Shown here one piece after another: positions 47,601 through 55,712 of a DNA stretch of 64,000 bases (its first letter is position 1; each line of letters starts with the position of its first letter). The stretch lies in the NCBI GenBank assembly GCA_009838625.1, contig VXRG01000039.1, forward strand, positions 401 through 64,400. The letters run 5' to 3'. Below the pieces are notes generated by a model that saw only the letters and a list, made by a program, of their open reading frames with translations, was not told where the DNA came from and made no database searches. Origin of the DNA: Caldilineaceae bacterium SB0664_bin_27 (GTDB lineage: Bacteria; Chloroflexota; Anaerolineae; Caldilineales; Caldilineaceae). Position numbers and translations under genes: made by a program.

Positions 47601-47920
47601 ACGTATCGGACCGGCTTGCAGCACATGGGCTGCCAGTGGAGTTCGCAGCGGTCTCCGGCGCCCCCGACAGCGACCTGACCGAAGACGTCTTGCAAAGCCT
47701 GCGCATCCCCCGTCTGTTGACCGGCAATCCTTTTCAGATCGCCTTCGTACGCACGCTGCACGGTCTGGAGCTAAGAGATCTGGGAAGCATGACTCGCTAT
47801 CTGACCGAATTGGGCCGGATGGACAGCGCCTCACGCCAGCAGATCCTGCTCACGGACGCCATCCACGCCGAGATGTATAACCAGCAAGACCCGCGCAGCT
47901 CCCGCTCCGCCTGGTCATAG
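44624..47920 (+). CDS. degenerate tubulin-like paralog with low-complexity insert and two TM helices
   Basis: Collinear with the preceding protein. Matched blocks (this protein vs the preceding one): AAILCLGGWGLQT vs LVVGVGGMGTNA; VVGIFAAGS...CYAALAELEAF vs VVGIFFLPD...AYAALKELNYF; LFDRIYLVDRE vs PFDFIFLVGRT. The T4 motif is replaced by APLYEPLTSAL. TM helices are LGLLSGIVLLTLLYLF and FIGLMIGAFLGAI. Start preferred at ATG 44624. Confidence 0.7.
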   Translation: MIPGATRSRAAILCLGGWGLQTMLHLAPRLHSAQEQRNATGADGPDLTRITRFAALLPSDQLNHQDEISLNLFTLRDNRLPPFYLERLLTELMRSPPPAVPELPQTTNHWRRATSQRRASLLLASAADTLHPLQWQDATSSPYPPGSVGDSPTAAKPSRRGLPWPFRRSNKDADTGGVPGSAESPPASPTAPPDTPTRRHAFRAAINEGGSIAHLVASNIIDPIRADTLVPGDPFVQTTLYVIAPLYEPLTSALIWPTIAHQLNYLGQRHIAQVVGIFAAGSYATDTNRTIEDASCYAALAELEAFTGLRRANLKQVISSIRKGSKARGTLPDEWLGRPLFDRIYLVDREKSNQGLARNSYELSVLVGNTLQALIAADGAAYIDEQVGIDLRNASERPYSLLGAAADHVPLDYIFRAAQQHEGKRLVREQVLLQPGSADGSTAAGSPSTGTATHLEPLASLQQLGATSHQALNRLIGQMPDLFNELNPETIQDLAVHSGYVLPSATARKLRGLNPVRWQAAFDNQFQSVMAQSDEDFGAGALDTAWGLAALDEDGIPVDPTDKRFLPAVEQQMRAHLLSLIGSEPSGLLHARRQLHQWLFELEQERLWPSLATGDAAAFTPADANRVERQLELRDWRNRYRRTLADKPSLFGSLTRVLGLLSGIVLLTLLYLFSSGLVGSADDIVTVQNDPSVLTQLMTGASLDAVVDFIGNEANAATFIGLMIGAFLGAITSYRRRAQRVQKLRRERVNLACSELTARLQDSVWRGMGRVHDRLEQMLNQMDNVLEQTCRSLQDWSVSEKMPPLPPEDAITSHLYRPHLSQNMWERCLAFMRGRQDVDAGIQAAGPPHSAASGNRGGEGRLRVIWTAPQRLERLAAQFTGQEVSSRPLTDILASYVRECAQAAVGESQTSLPEQEPGGGRAALDSETEMAHKAFVRSLAQEYNLEHLLWRDTTSAEGFASLYPDGEFTPISTATLRYLETMWNAAKPSANYDVSDRLAAHGLPVEFAAVSGAPDSDLTEDVLQSLRIPRLLTGNPFQIAFVRTLHGLELRDLGSMTRYLTELGRMDSASRQQILLTDAIHAEMYNQQDPRSSRSAWS

Positions 47921-48009
47921 GCGTTAAAACGCCGCGCGTAGCTTACTAAGAGCTCTTCTGAGTTGAGTACAGAGTTCGAAAACGAAATAACCGGGGTGAC
48001 TGCAGTTGG

Positions 48010-48999
48010 CTAATCCGCTACTGCTTCGCCGTACGCTCGCGCCGTGTCTGCCCTTTCCTCGTCGGACTCCCCTGGACGCGCCGGCGGGATGCCCTCAATG
48101 CCATCGGCAGCCAGCACCGGGATCAGGGCGGCAATCGCACATTCGACCATCGAATCATCCGGCGCGCGGGTAGTTATGCGCTGGAGCAGCAGTCCCGGCG
48201 CAATCAGCAGCCGCATCAGCGGGTTTTCGGCGTGATTGGCACTGAAACGGATAATCTCATAGGAGATCGCGGCAACCAGTGGGACCAGCAGAAGACGGGT
48301 GACAAAACGCAAAAGCAGCGCCAGCCAGGGGTACTCAATCCAGGCAAATGTGAGAGGGGCGAATAGAAGTATGCTGATAACAAGCACGTACAGTAGGAAG
48401 CTGGTCCCGCAACGTACATGCTGCACACTGTACTTCTGTACATTTTCTATCGTAAGTCTCGCGCCGGCCTCGTAGGCGTTGATCGCCTTGTGCTCTGCGC
48501 CGTGATATGCAAACACGCGTCGGATATCAGGCAAAAGGCTGATTGCCCACAGATAGACGACAAACAGAATCAGGCGGATACCGCCTTCGGCCACGGCGTC
48601 GAGATAGGGGTTGTGTTCAAAGAAGCCGGCAAACCAGCGGCTGGCCAGGGTGGGTACAAGGAAGAAAATCGCCACCGCAAAGGCAAGACTCGTCGCGATC
48701 GTCGTCCACGCCACCGGGCCGGAAAACTCGACCTGCTCCTCGGCATCATCCTCCTGCATCGCTACGTCCGCGCTCCACATCAGCGCCCGCATCCCCAGCC
48801 CAAGCGCATCCCACAGCAGGGCCAGCCCTCGTACGAACGGCCACTGCCCCCACTTGCGCGTATAGATCCTGGCCGTGAGGGGTTCCTCGTGGATGACGAT
48901 CGTACCCTGTGCGTTTCGCACGGCAATCGACATTGCCTTGCGGCCCCGCATCATCACGCCTTCAATTACAGCCTGACCGCCGTAGTATTGCTTGCTCAC
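48010..48999 (-). CDS. DUF1385 domain-containing membrane protein (YqhQ-like)
   Basis: N-terminus [14 protein letters not shown] is the DUF1385 hallmark, and HGAEHK is also present. GTG start. Confidence 0.8.
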   Translation of the reverse strand: MSKQYYGGQAVIEGVMMRGRKAMSIAVRNAQGTIVIHEEPLTARIYTRKWGQWPFVRGLALLWDALGLGMRALMWSADVAMQEDDAEEQVEFSGPVAWTTIATSLAFAVAIFFLVPTLASRWFAGFFEHNPYLDAVAEGGIRLILFVVYLWAISLLPDIRRVFAYHGAEHKAINAYEAGARLTIENVQKYSVQHVRCGTSFLLYVLVISILLFAPLTFAWIEYPWLALLLRFVTRLLLVPLVAAISYEIIRFSANHAENPLMRLLIAPGLLLQRITTRAPDDSMVECAIAALIPVLAADGIEGIPPARPGESDEERADTARAYGEAVAD

Positions 49000-49492
49000 A
49001 AGTCGTACCCATTTGGCGAAGCGGCAGCGCCTTAGCCACCGCTCCCCAACGTTGGTTCGAAAGTGGTGGTTGCCCTCTTCCGCATAAGAAATAGCCGAAA
49101 CTACGGCCTCGGCCGGAAGGTCGAGGCCACTTAGAGAGAAGGTGATTGTAGCACTGCTTTTTTGGATGCAGCAAACACCGGATGATCCGTGCGGATGCCT
49201 GGCATCTGCATGGCGCCCACAACGCCTGGATCAGTAGGCTGTCTGAACAGCGATCCCAAACAACGTAGCGAGAGTCCCCAAACTGCCCTATCTGAGCGAG
49301 ACAACCACTGTCAGGAACTGCTAAACTGGCTAAAGGGATTCATATGCGGCCCTTAATGCAGGTGGCGCCTTCAGTTGGTCCGTTTCGTTTCTGACCACGC
49401 ATCGAAAGAGCAACATCATGGGGGCCTGCAGGCTTTCTGCCAATATGTGGAAAGCGTCTGGAATAGTGAAACTGCTGGCAAAGGCCAATTTT

Positions 49493-49522
49493 TTGACAGT
49501 AGGAAAACCATTACAGTATCAT
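49493..49522 (+). promoter_or_regulatory. candidate sigma-70 promoter of the amino-acid ABC operon
   Basis: TTGACA (49493-49498), an 18-nt spacer, then TATCAT (49517-49522), 60 nt upstream of the ATG at 49583. Confidence 0.4.
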
Positions 49523-49582
49523 CACTTTACACAGATGATGCATTCGTGTTTACCCGTACTACGGGTCGATTGAGGAGGAAAA

Positions 49583-50839
49583 ATGCGTAACATCCTGTCA
49601 CAACTCTCGTTACTGTTGATAGCGTCTCTTCTGCTGACGGCCTGCGCCTTAGCGCCGCCCGCGCCGGTGGACGAGCCGGCCGCGGCCGCTCCTTCCGCAG
49701 ATGAAGAGAAGATCATCTACCTTGGCGCCGCCGTCAGCGAGACCGGCAAATTCTCCCGCGAGGGTAGAGACACCCGTCAAGGTTATGGCCTTTGGCTGGA
49801 CTGGGTGAACAACGAATACGGTGGCATCAAAGTCGGCGATGATCGCTATAAGGTCGAGTTGATCATGTACGACGATGAGGGGGACCCCGATACGGCCGCC
49901 CGCCTCGTCGAAAAGTTGATCAACGAGGACCGCGTCGACTTCCTCCTGGGACCCTATAGCTCTTTCCTGACCCAAAGCGCCAGCGCGATTGCCGAAAAAT
50001 ATAACAAAATCATGATCGAGGGCAACGGCGCCGCCGAACCGCTCTTCGAACGGGGTTTCCAGAACCTGTTTGCAGTCCTGACGCCGGCGGGAAATTATAC
50101 CCGGTCTGCTTTGCAGCTGCTGGCCGAGAAAGGAGCCCAGTCAGTCGTCATTGCCTACGAGGACACCGCATTCCCCACCAGTGTGGCCAATGGAGCTCAG
50201 CATTGGGCCGCAGAGTATGGGCTTGAGGTGTTGGGTGTCGAGACCTACCCCGTCAATGTGGCCGACGTCAGCGGCATTATGTCAAAGTTCAAGGAGTTGG
50301 ACCCCGATGTCTTCGTGGGCGGCGGTCACTTTAACGACGCCGTTCTCTTCATTCGAGCAGCCAAAGAACTGGACTTCAACCCCAAGGCCATGGTGATCAC
50401 CGTCGGACCCAGCAATCCGAAACTGATCGAAGAAGTCGGCGTCGATACCGAATATGTCATTGGCCCGACGCAATGGGAGGCGTCGATGAGCTACGCCGAC
50501 GACTACTTCGGCACCGCCGCCGAGTACGCGGCAAGCTATGAAGATCTGTGGGGCGAACCCCCCACCTATCAGGCCGCGGAATCGACTGCCACCGCGCTGG
50601 CCCTGCACCTCGCCATCGAGCAGGCCGCCTCACTGGACACCGATTCCGTCCGCGCAGCCCTGCGCAGCCTCGACGTGGTCACCTTCTATGGCCCCATCAA
50701 CTTCGATGAAAAGGGCCGCAACGCCGGAAAACCGATGGGGGCAATCCAGATTCAGGACGGTGAGATTTTGGTCGTGGCGCCCTCCAACGCTGCCGTTACC
50801 GAATTGAACTACCCGGCGCCGCCCTGGAAAGATCGCTGA
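49583..50839 (+). CDS. branched-chain amino-acid-type ABC transporter substrate-binding lipoprotein (LivJ/K family)
   Basis: GAGGAGG RBS and lipobox LLTAC. PBP type-I body typical of Leu/Ile/Val-binding proteins. Followed by livHMGF-like genes. Confidence 0.8.
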   Translation: MRNILSQLSLLLIASLLLTACALAPPAPVDEPAAAAPSADEEKIIYLGAAVSETGKFSREGRDTRQGYGLWLDWVNNEYGGIKVGDDRYKVELIMYDDEGDPDTAARLVEKLINEDRVDFLLGPYSSFLTQSASAIAEKYNKIMIEGNGAAEPLFERGFQNLFAVLTPAGNYTRSALQLLAEKGAQSVVIAYEDTAFPTSVANGAQHWAAEYGLEVLGVETYPVNVADVSGIMSKFKELDPDVFVGGGHFNDAVLFIRAAKELDFNPKAMVITVGPSNPKLIEEVGVDTEYVIGPTQWEASMSYADDYFGTAAEYAASYEDLWGEPPTYQAAESTATALALHLAIEQAASLDTDSVRAALRSLDVVTFYGPINFDEKGRNAGKPMGAIQIQDGEILVVAPSNAAVTELNYPAPPWKDR

Positions 50840-50866
50840 TAGGGAGGAGTGAGCGCGAAGGAGCAA

Positions 50867-50916
50867 GTTTGGCCGTTGTTGAATCCCGTAGCCTGGGTAC
50901 TCGGCAACGGCCAAAC
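50867..50916 (+). promoter_or_regulatory. 12-bp perfect inverted repeat (intercistronic stem-loop) between the binding-protein and permease genes
   Basis: gtttggccgttg (50867-50878) / 26-nt loop / caacggccaaac (50905-50916). Confidence 0.6.
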
Positions 50917-50961
50917 TAAGAGTGGGAAACGCCCGCTCCTCACCCCAAGCAAGTTACTCCT

Positions 50962-51852
50962 ATGGACCAACTTCTGCAGGCTCTAGTCAGCGGGTTGCTG
51001 CTCGGCGGTTTCTACGCGGTCATGGTGCTGGGATTCTCCGTGATTTGGGGCGTCATGGGCGTGATCAACCTGGCACACGGTGAATTCCTCATGATTGGCG
51101 CATACATGGCGTGGGGTCTCTTTCGCTTTTTCGGCATGGACCCATTCGCCTCGCTGGTGCTGATACTGCCCTTTATGTTCCTGGTCGGCTATCTGCTGCA
51201 GATCGTTCTGATCAACCGCATCGTCGAACGCCCCCATCTGATGACCCTGCTCGTCACCTTCGGCGTCTCGATCGCAATTGCAAATCTCTTCAAAATTCAG
51301 TTCACGTCGGACCCGCGAAATGTGGCCGTAGCCTACAACGGCTCCGTGCAGCTGGCGGGAGTCACCTTCCCAATCGTCAAGACCATCATCTTCGGTGTGG
51401 CCCTGTTTATCATGGTCTGCCTGCACCTTTTTCTGCAGCGCACCCGCCTCGGCAAGTCGATCCGCGCCGCAGCCCAAAATAAGACGGCCGCCCGTATCGT
51501 CGGCGTTGACATCAACCGCGTCTACGCCATTACGGCCGGAATCTGCATTGCCCTGACCGCAGCAGCCGGCGCTATGCTCAGCCCCACGCAGGCGATCTTC
51601 CCGTTCATGGGCCCGCCATTTACCTTGAAGGCGGTAACGATCACGGCCCTCGGCGGTCTGGGACGCATTCCCGGCGCGCTGATGGGCGGCATGGTCCTCG
51701 GCGTCACCGAGATCTTCGTCTCTACCTATGTGCCAGGCATCGGCACAAATTTGGGTGTCGCCACCAGCTTTATCCTCCTGGTCCTGATCCTGGTGGTGCG
51801 GCCTCAGGGGCTCATGGGCGGTCTGCGCCCTATCGATGCGGAGGCAGAGTGA
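50962..51852 (+). CDS. livH: branched-chain amino-acid ABC transporter permease (LivH-like)
   Basis: N-terminus LLQALVSGLLLGGFYAL-type and an 8-TM profile. Confidence 0.8.
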   Translation: MDQLLQALVSGLLLGGFYAVMVLGFSVIWGVMGVINLAHGEFLMIGAYMAWGLFRFFGMDPFASLVLILPFMFLVGYLLQIVLINRIVERPHLMTLLVTFGVSIAIANLFKIQFTSDPRNVAVAYNGSVQLAGVTFPIVKTIIFGVALFIMVCLHLFLQRTRLGKSIRAAAQNKTAARIVGVDINRVYAITAGICIALTAAAGAMLSPTQAIFPFMGPPFTLKAVTITALGGLGRIPGALMGGMVLGVTEIFVSTYVPGIGTNLGVATSFILLVLILVVRPQGLMGGLRPIDAEAE

Positions 51853-52910
51853 TGGGAGCCGAGCCGCCCGCCAACAAGAGCACCGAAAGATCAAAGAAAA
51901 AGCCTCCCTTCCCTCTTCTCGCCCCTGTGCGCTCGCTCCTCTCAGGCTGGACCGGGCTGGCGTTCTGGCTGCTTCTGCTTCTCCTTCTGGCTCTGTACCC
52001 GTACACCGGCGTCTCCAGCGTCGCTCTGTTCGTCGGCAGCCAGATCTTTGTGCTGGTGACTCTGGCCTCCAACTGGAATCTGATCGGCGGCATGACCGGC
52101 TACGTCGACTTCGGCCACGCAGTCTTCTTCGGCATCGGCGCCTACATGATGGGCATCCTCGTAACCGGAACCCCTCTCCTGATCTCCCCCGAGTGGGGCT
52201 TCTGGCAGGCCCTGCCGGTTAGCGGGGTTGCCGCGGCCCTCTTCGCCCTCCTGGTAGGTTTGCCGACCCTGCGCCTCAAAGGACCCTATTTTTCAATCGC
52301 TATGCTCGGCACCTTGGTGGCGATGCGCGAGATCGCACGCGTGCTGCGTCCAATTACCGGCGGTGGCGTCGGCCTCAACCTGCCGCCGCTCCTCAACCGA
52401 TTGGGCGACTACTACCTGATGCTGGCGGTCATGGGCCTGGTTGTGTCGCTGATCTGGTGGATCCAGCGCAGCGAGTTCGGGCAGAGCCTGATCGCCATTC
52501 GCGAGGACGAGATCGGCGCCGAGATGCGCGGCATCAACACGACGCTCCACAAGATCGCCGCCTTTATGATCGCCGCCTTTTTCACCGGTATCGTCGGCGG
52601 GTTCTGGGCTTGGCAGAACACTTATATCGATCCCGATGTCGTCTTTGTCGAAGCGCGCACCGTCGAGATGGTGATGATGTCGATGCTGGGGGGCCTCGGC
52701 ACGGTCTGGGGTCCGCCACTCGGCGCAGTCGTCATCTACTACATGGAGGACTTACTCTGGGCCAACCTGTTCGACAGTCATCTTCTGGCTCTTGGCGTGC
52801 TCCTGGTCGCGATTGTACTGTTCATGCCGGAGGGTATCCTCGGCACCTTGGGAGACCGAAGCAGCACATCGCTCGGACGGCTACTCAGCCGCGTCGGCAG
52901 GAGCAAGTAG
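51849..52910 (+). CDS. livM: branched-chain amino-acid ABC transporter permease (LivM-like)
   Basis: GYVDFGHAVFFGIGAY and LRLKGPYFSIAMLG motifs. 4-nt overlap with livH. Confidence 0.8.
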   Translation: MMGAEPPANKSTERSKKKPPFPLLAPVRSLLSGWTGLAFWLLLLLLLALYPYTGVSSVALFVGSQIFVLVTLASNWNLIGGMTGYVDFGHAVFFGIGAYMMGILVTGTPLLISPEWGFWQALPVSGVAAALFALLVGLPTLRLKGPYFSIAMLGTLVAMREIARVLRPITGGGVGLNLPPLLNRLGDYYLMLAVMGLVVSLIWWIQRSEFGQSLIAIREDEIGAEMRGINTTLHKIAAFMIAAFFTGIVGGFWAWQNTYIDPDVVFVEARTVEMVMMSMLGGLGTVWGPPLGAVVIYYMEDLLWANLFDSHLLALGVLLVAIVLFMPEGILGTLGDRSSTSLGRLLSRVGRSK

Positions 52911-52925
52911 GGGCTACTGCAAAGG

Positions 52926-53702
52926 ATGCGCAACCAGCAGCAAACCGCGACCATGACCTCTGACCGACAGCCCCTGCTGCAGGGGCATACCGTTTCCAAA
53001 TACTTTGGCGGCCTGGCTGCCGTCAACAATGTGGATTTCGCAGTCTACCCCGGCGAAATCGTCGGCCTGATCGGGCCCAATGGCAGCGGCAAAACAACCC
53101 TCTTTGACTGCTTGAGTCGTTTACAGAAGATCGACAGCGGCCAGGTGTTTTTCAAGGGCCGCGACGTGACAGGCGCGCGCCCCTATCAGGTCGCCAGAAT
53201 GGGGCTGACGCGCACCTTCCAATCTGTGCGCGTCTATCGAAAAATGACCGTTCTTGGCAATATGCTGATCAGTCACCAGTGGCGGGATACATCTCTCTTG
53301 AGGATGCTGCGGCCCAGTCCTGCCAATACCGCCCGCCGCGCCAATCAACTGCTCGGATTCCTCCAGATCGAGCATCTGGCTGACGAGGAGGCAGGCCACC
53401 TGTCCGGCGGCCAGCGCCGCCTGCTGGAGATCGGCATGGCCCTGATGCCCGACCCGGATATCCTGCTCCTGGACGAAGCCACGTCCGGCGTCAATCCAAC
53501 CCTGATCGAAACGATCAAAGATCGCATCCGCACACTCAACGACCAGGGGAAGACCTTCCTCCTGATCGAACACAACATCAACTTCATCGCCGATCTCTGC
53601 AGCCGGGTCTACGTACTCAATCACGGCGAAAAGCTGGCCGAAGGCACCCCCCAGGAAATCCTGCAAAACGAAGCCGTTATCGACGCCTACTTCGGAGCCT
53701 GA
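52926..53702 (+). CDS. livG: branched-chain amino-acid ABC transporter ATP-binding protein (LivG-like)
   Basis: Walker A GPNGSGKTT, signature LSGGQRRLLEI, Walker B ILLLDEATSG. Confidence 0.85.
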   Translation: MRNQQQTATMTSDRQPLLQGHTVSKYFGGLAAVNNVDFAVYPGEIVGLIGPNGSGKTTLFDCLSRLQKIDSGQVFFKGRDVTGARPYQVARMGLTRTFQSVRVYRKMTVLGNMLISHQWRDTSLLRMLRPSPANTARRANQLLGFLQIEHLADEEAGHLSGGQRRLLEIGMALMPDPDILLLDEATSGVNPTLIETIKDRIRTLNDQGKTFLLIEHNINFIADLCSRVYVLNHGEKLAEGTPQEILQNEAVIDAYFGA

Positions 53703-53763
53703 TACCGGTATCCTTCGTCCATTCACTCGTCTCCGAAGTTACTGAACACTGACCACTGAACCA

Positions 53764-54486
53764 ATGTCTGCCCCTCTCCTCGCCGTCGAAGACGTCTATG
53801 CCGGTTATCAGGATTTCGATATCCTGAAGGGCGTCTCTCTCGTTGTGCATCCCGGCGAGATCGTCTGTGTCATCGGCCCCAACGGCGCTGGCAAATCGAC
53901 TGTCTTCAAGGCGATCTACGGATTTGTCAGTGTGCGCCTGGGCACCGTCCACTTTGACGGGCAGGAGATAACCAATGCCCGCCCCCAGGACGTCCTCAGC
54001 GCCGGCATTTCCATCGTCCCCCAGCTGCGCAGCGTCTTCCCGCAGATGACGGTCATGGAAAATCTGGAGATGGGCATGTATCTCGAAGACGACCAGGCGC
54101 GAATCCACAAGCGCATCCAGTATATCTTCGAACTGTTCCCGCGCCTGGCGGAGCGGCGCAGCCAGATGGCCGGCACCATGTCCGGCGGCGAGCAGCGTAT
54201 GCTCGAGATCGGCCGCGCCCTCATGCTCGAACCCAAAATCGTGATGATGGACGAGCCCAGTGCCGGCCTCTCCCCACTGATCACCCGCATGATCTTCGAG
54301 AACATCCGCCGCCTCAACAGTGAGATCGGCCTCACCGTCCTCATGATCGAGCAGAACGCCCGTCAGGGTCTCGAAGCCAGCCACCGCGGCTACGTCCTCG
54401 AACTGGGCCGCAACGCCTACGAAGGCGAAGCCCAGGCCCTCCTCGACAACCGCGATGTGCGCCGGGCTTTTCTGGGCGGCTCCTGA
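53764..54486 (+). CDS. livF: branched-chain amino-acid ABC transporter ATP-binding protein (LivF-like)
   Basis: Walker A GPNGAGKST, signature MSGGEQRMLEI, Walker B IVMMDEPSAGL. Confidence 0.85.
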   Translation: MSAPLLAVEDVYAGYQDFDILKGVSLVVHPGEIVCVIGPNGAGKSTVFKAIYGFVSVRLGTVHFDGQEITNARPQDVLSAGISIVPQLRSVFPQMTVMENLEMGMYLEDDQARIHKRIQYIFELFPRLAERRSQMAGTMSGGEQRMLEIGRALMLEPKIVMMDEPSAGLSPLITRMIFENIRRLNSEIGLTVLMIEQNARQGLEASHRGYVLELGRNAYEGEAQALLDNRDVRRAFLGGS

Positions 54487-54692
54487 TTCGCTCATGTGGC
54501 ACCATGTTAATCGGCAACGAGCCAGTTCTAGACTCGCAGACTGTTGCTCCGTCTGACTGCAGATGCGTCCCTTCGTACGCAAGTTATTGGGCGGGTGAGC
54601 CGGAGGTGGGCCGCTTGGTGTATAATTCGCATGAATGGGCACTGCACGCGATTGAAGCTCAGATTGAATTATCTGGGCGGGAGGTTACCGAA

Positions 54693-55055
54693 ATGCATGG
54701 AAAGGCCAATATTGTCATAGGCACAGCTGAAGAGGCGATTGCCAATTGTGATGACGCTATACGCATCAACCCGGAGGATGCCGAAATCTACTTCAGGCGA
54801 GGACTGGCCAGAAAAATTCTTCGACAAATCTCACTGGCCAAGAGTGACCTGAAGTGCGCGCGTTCACTGGCGCAAAAGCAGGGACGTAAAGGACTCTTGC
54901 ATTCAATTGAACGGGAACTAGAAAACCTGAACACCGAGACATTTCGAGTAGAACCGCATAGCAGTGAGTACGCCCCCGGGGTGGATCCGGACAAACTGAA
55001 GGAAATACTCTATGATCTTGATGACGAGCATTTCGCTAGGAAAAACTTGAAATGA
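54693..55055 (+). CDS. TPR-motif small protein in the antitoxin position upstream of VapC
   Basis: GGGAGG RBS 7 nt before ATG 54693. TPR-like AEEAIANCDDAIRINPEDAEIYFRRGLA. Its stop overlaps the vapC start (ATGA). The track ORF start at 54504 is less likely. Confidence 0.5.
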   Translation: MHGKANIVIGTAEEAIANCDDAIRINPEDAEIYFRRGLARKILRQISLAKSDLKCARSLAQKQGRKGLLHSIERELENLNTETFRVEPHSSEYAPGVDPDKLKEILYDLDDEHFARKNLK

Positions 55056-55477
55056 TCGTTCCGGATGTCAATTTGCTCGTTTTCGCGCATCACAAGCAAA
55101 GCCCTTATCACGAAGCAGCGAGCCTCTGGTTGGAAGGTCTAATCAACGGCACGGAGAGTGTTGGTATACCATGGTCTGTGTCAATTGCATTCGTGCGACT
55201 TATGGCCAATCCTCGAGTTTTGGCAACTCCCATTTCTCCTTCAGCCGCCTTGGGCCGGGTGAAGAGTTGGTTCCAACATACCCACATTCAACCGCTTGAT
55301 CCTGGCGCGGAACATCTCACACACTTGCAGAACATTCTTGACGCCGTCGGCAGAAGTGCGAATTTGGTGCCGGACGCCCATATTGCTGCACTAGCAATTG
55401 AACACCGAGCGGTGCTGCATTCTCACGACTCGGACTTCGGACGAATCCCAGGTCTCCAGTGGTACAATCCCCTCTGA
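55052..55477 (+). CDS. vapC: PIN-domain ribonuclease toxin, VapC family
   Basis: MIVPDVNLLV (first acidic residue), PDAHIAALA, LHSHDSDF. 141 aa, in an AT-richer patch. Confidence 0.8.
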   Translation: MIVPDVNLLVFAHHKQSPYHEAASLWLEGLINGTESVGIPWSVSIAFVRLMANPRVLATPISPSAALGRVKSWFQHTHIQPLDPGAEHLTHLQNILDAVGRSANLVPDAHIAALAIEHRAVLHSHDSDFGRIPGLQWYNPL

Positions 55478-55712
55478 GTTCTCGTTGAATCCGTGTGCTG
55501 GATAGTCCGGCAACCGATGAAGAACAGTTCAGAAGTTCAGTCTCGCGCTAGTCAATTCCGCTACCCAAAGCGTACGAAGACATACCGCCTAAATTGAGTG
55601 TATGATTCGTTTGAGATTTGGCGCCCTGCCCCGGAATTGGAAGGTTTGACGCGCTAACATGTCGTACTAAAATTTCCCTGAAAGAAGACTCGCTTTAGAA
55701 TCCTCAAACACC

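Noticed and set aside
47920-47933. ggcgttaaaacgcc 5-bp hairpin after the third gene of the locus
   Set aside because: The stem is too short, and there is no U-tract. It is not distinguishable from chance.
49054-49061. GGTTCGAA T-loop-like motif, checked as a possible tRNA. A similar reverse-complement motif occurs near 9066.
   Set aside because: There is no acceptor, D or anticodon arm complementarity around either site. One of them is inside a permease CDS. I found no tRNA, rRNA or CRISPR repeat array anywhere in the window.
54504-54692. Upstream extension of the TPR ORF (track start at 54504)
   Set aside because: It overlaps the livF terminator-proximal region and has no RBS. The internal ATG at 54693 has a GGGAGG RBS at ideal spacing.
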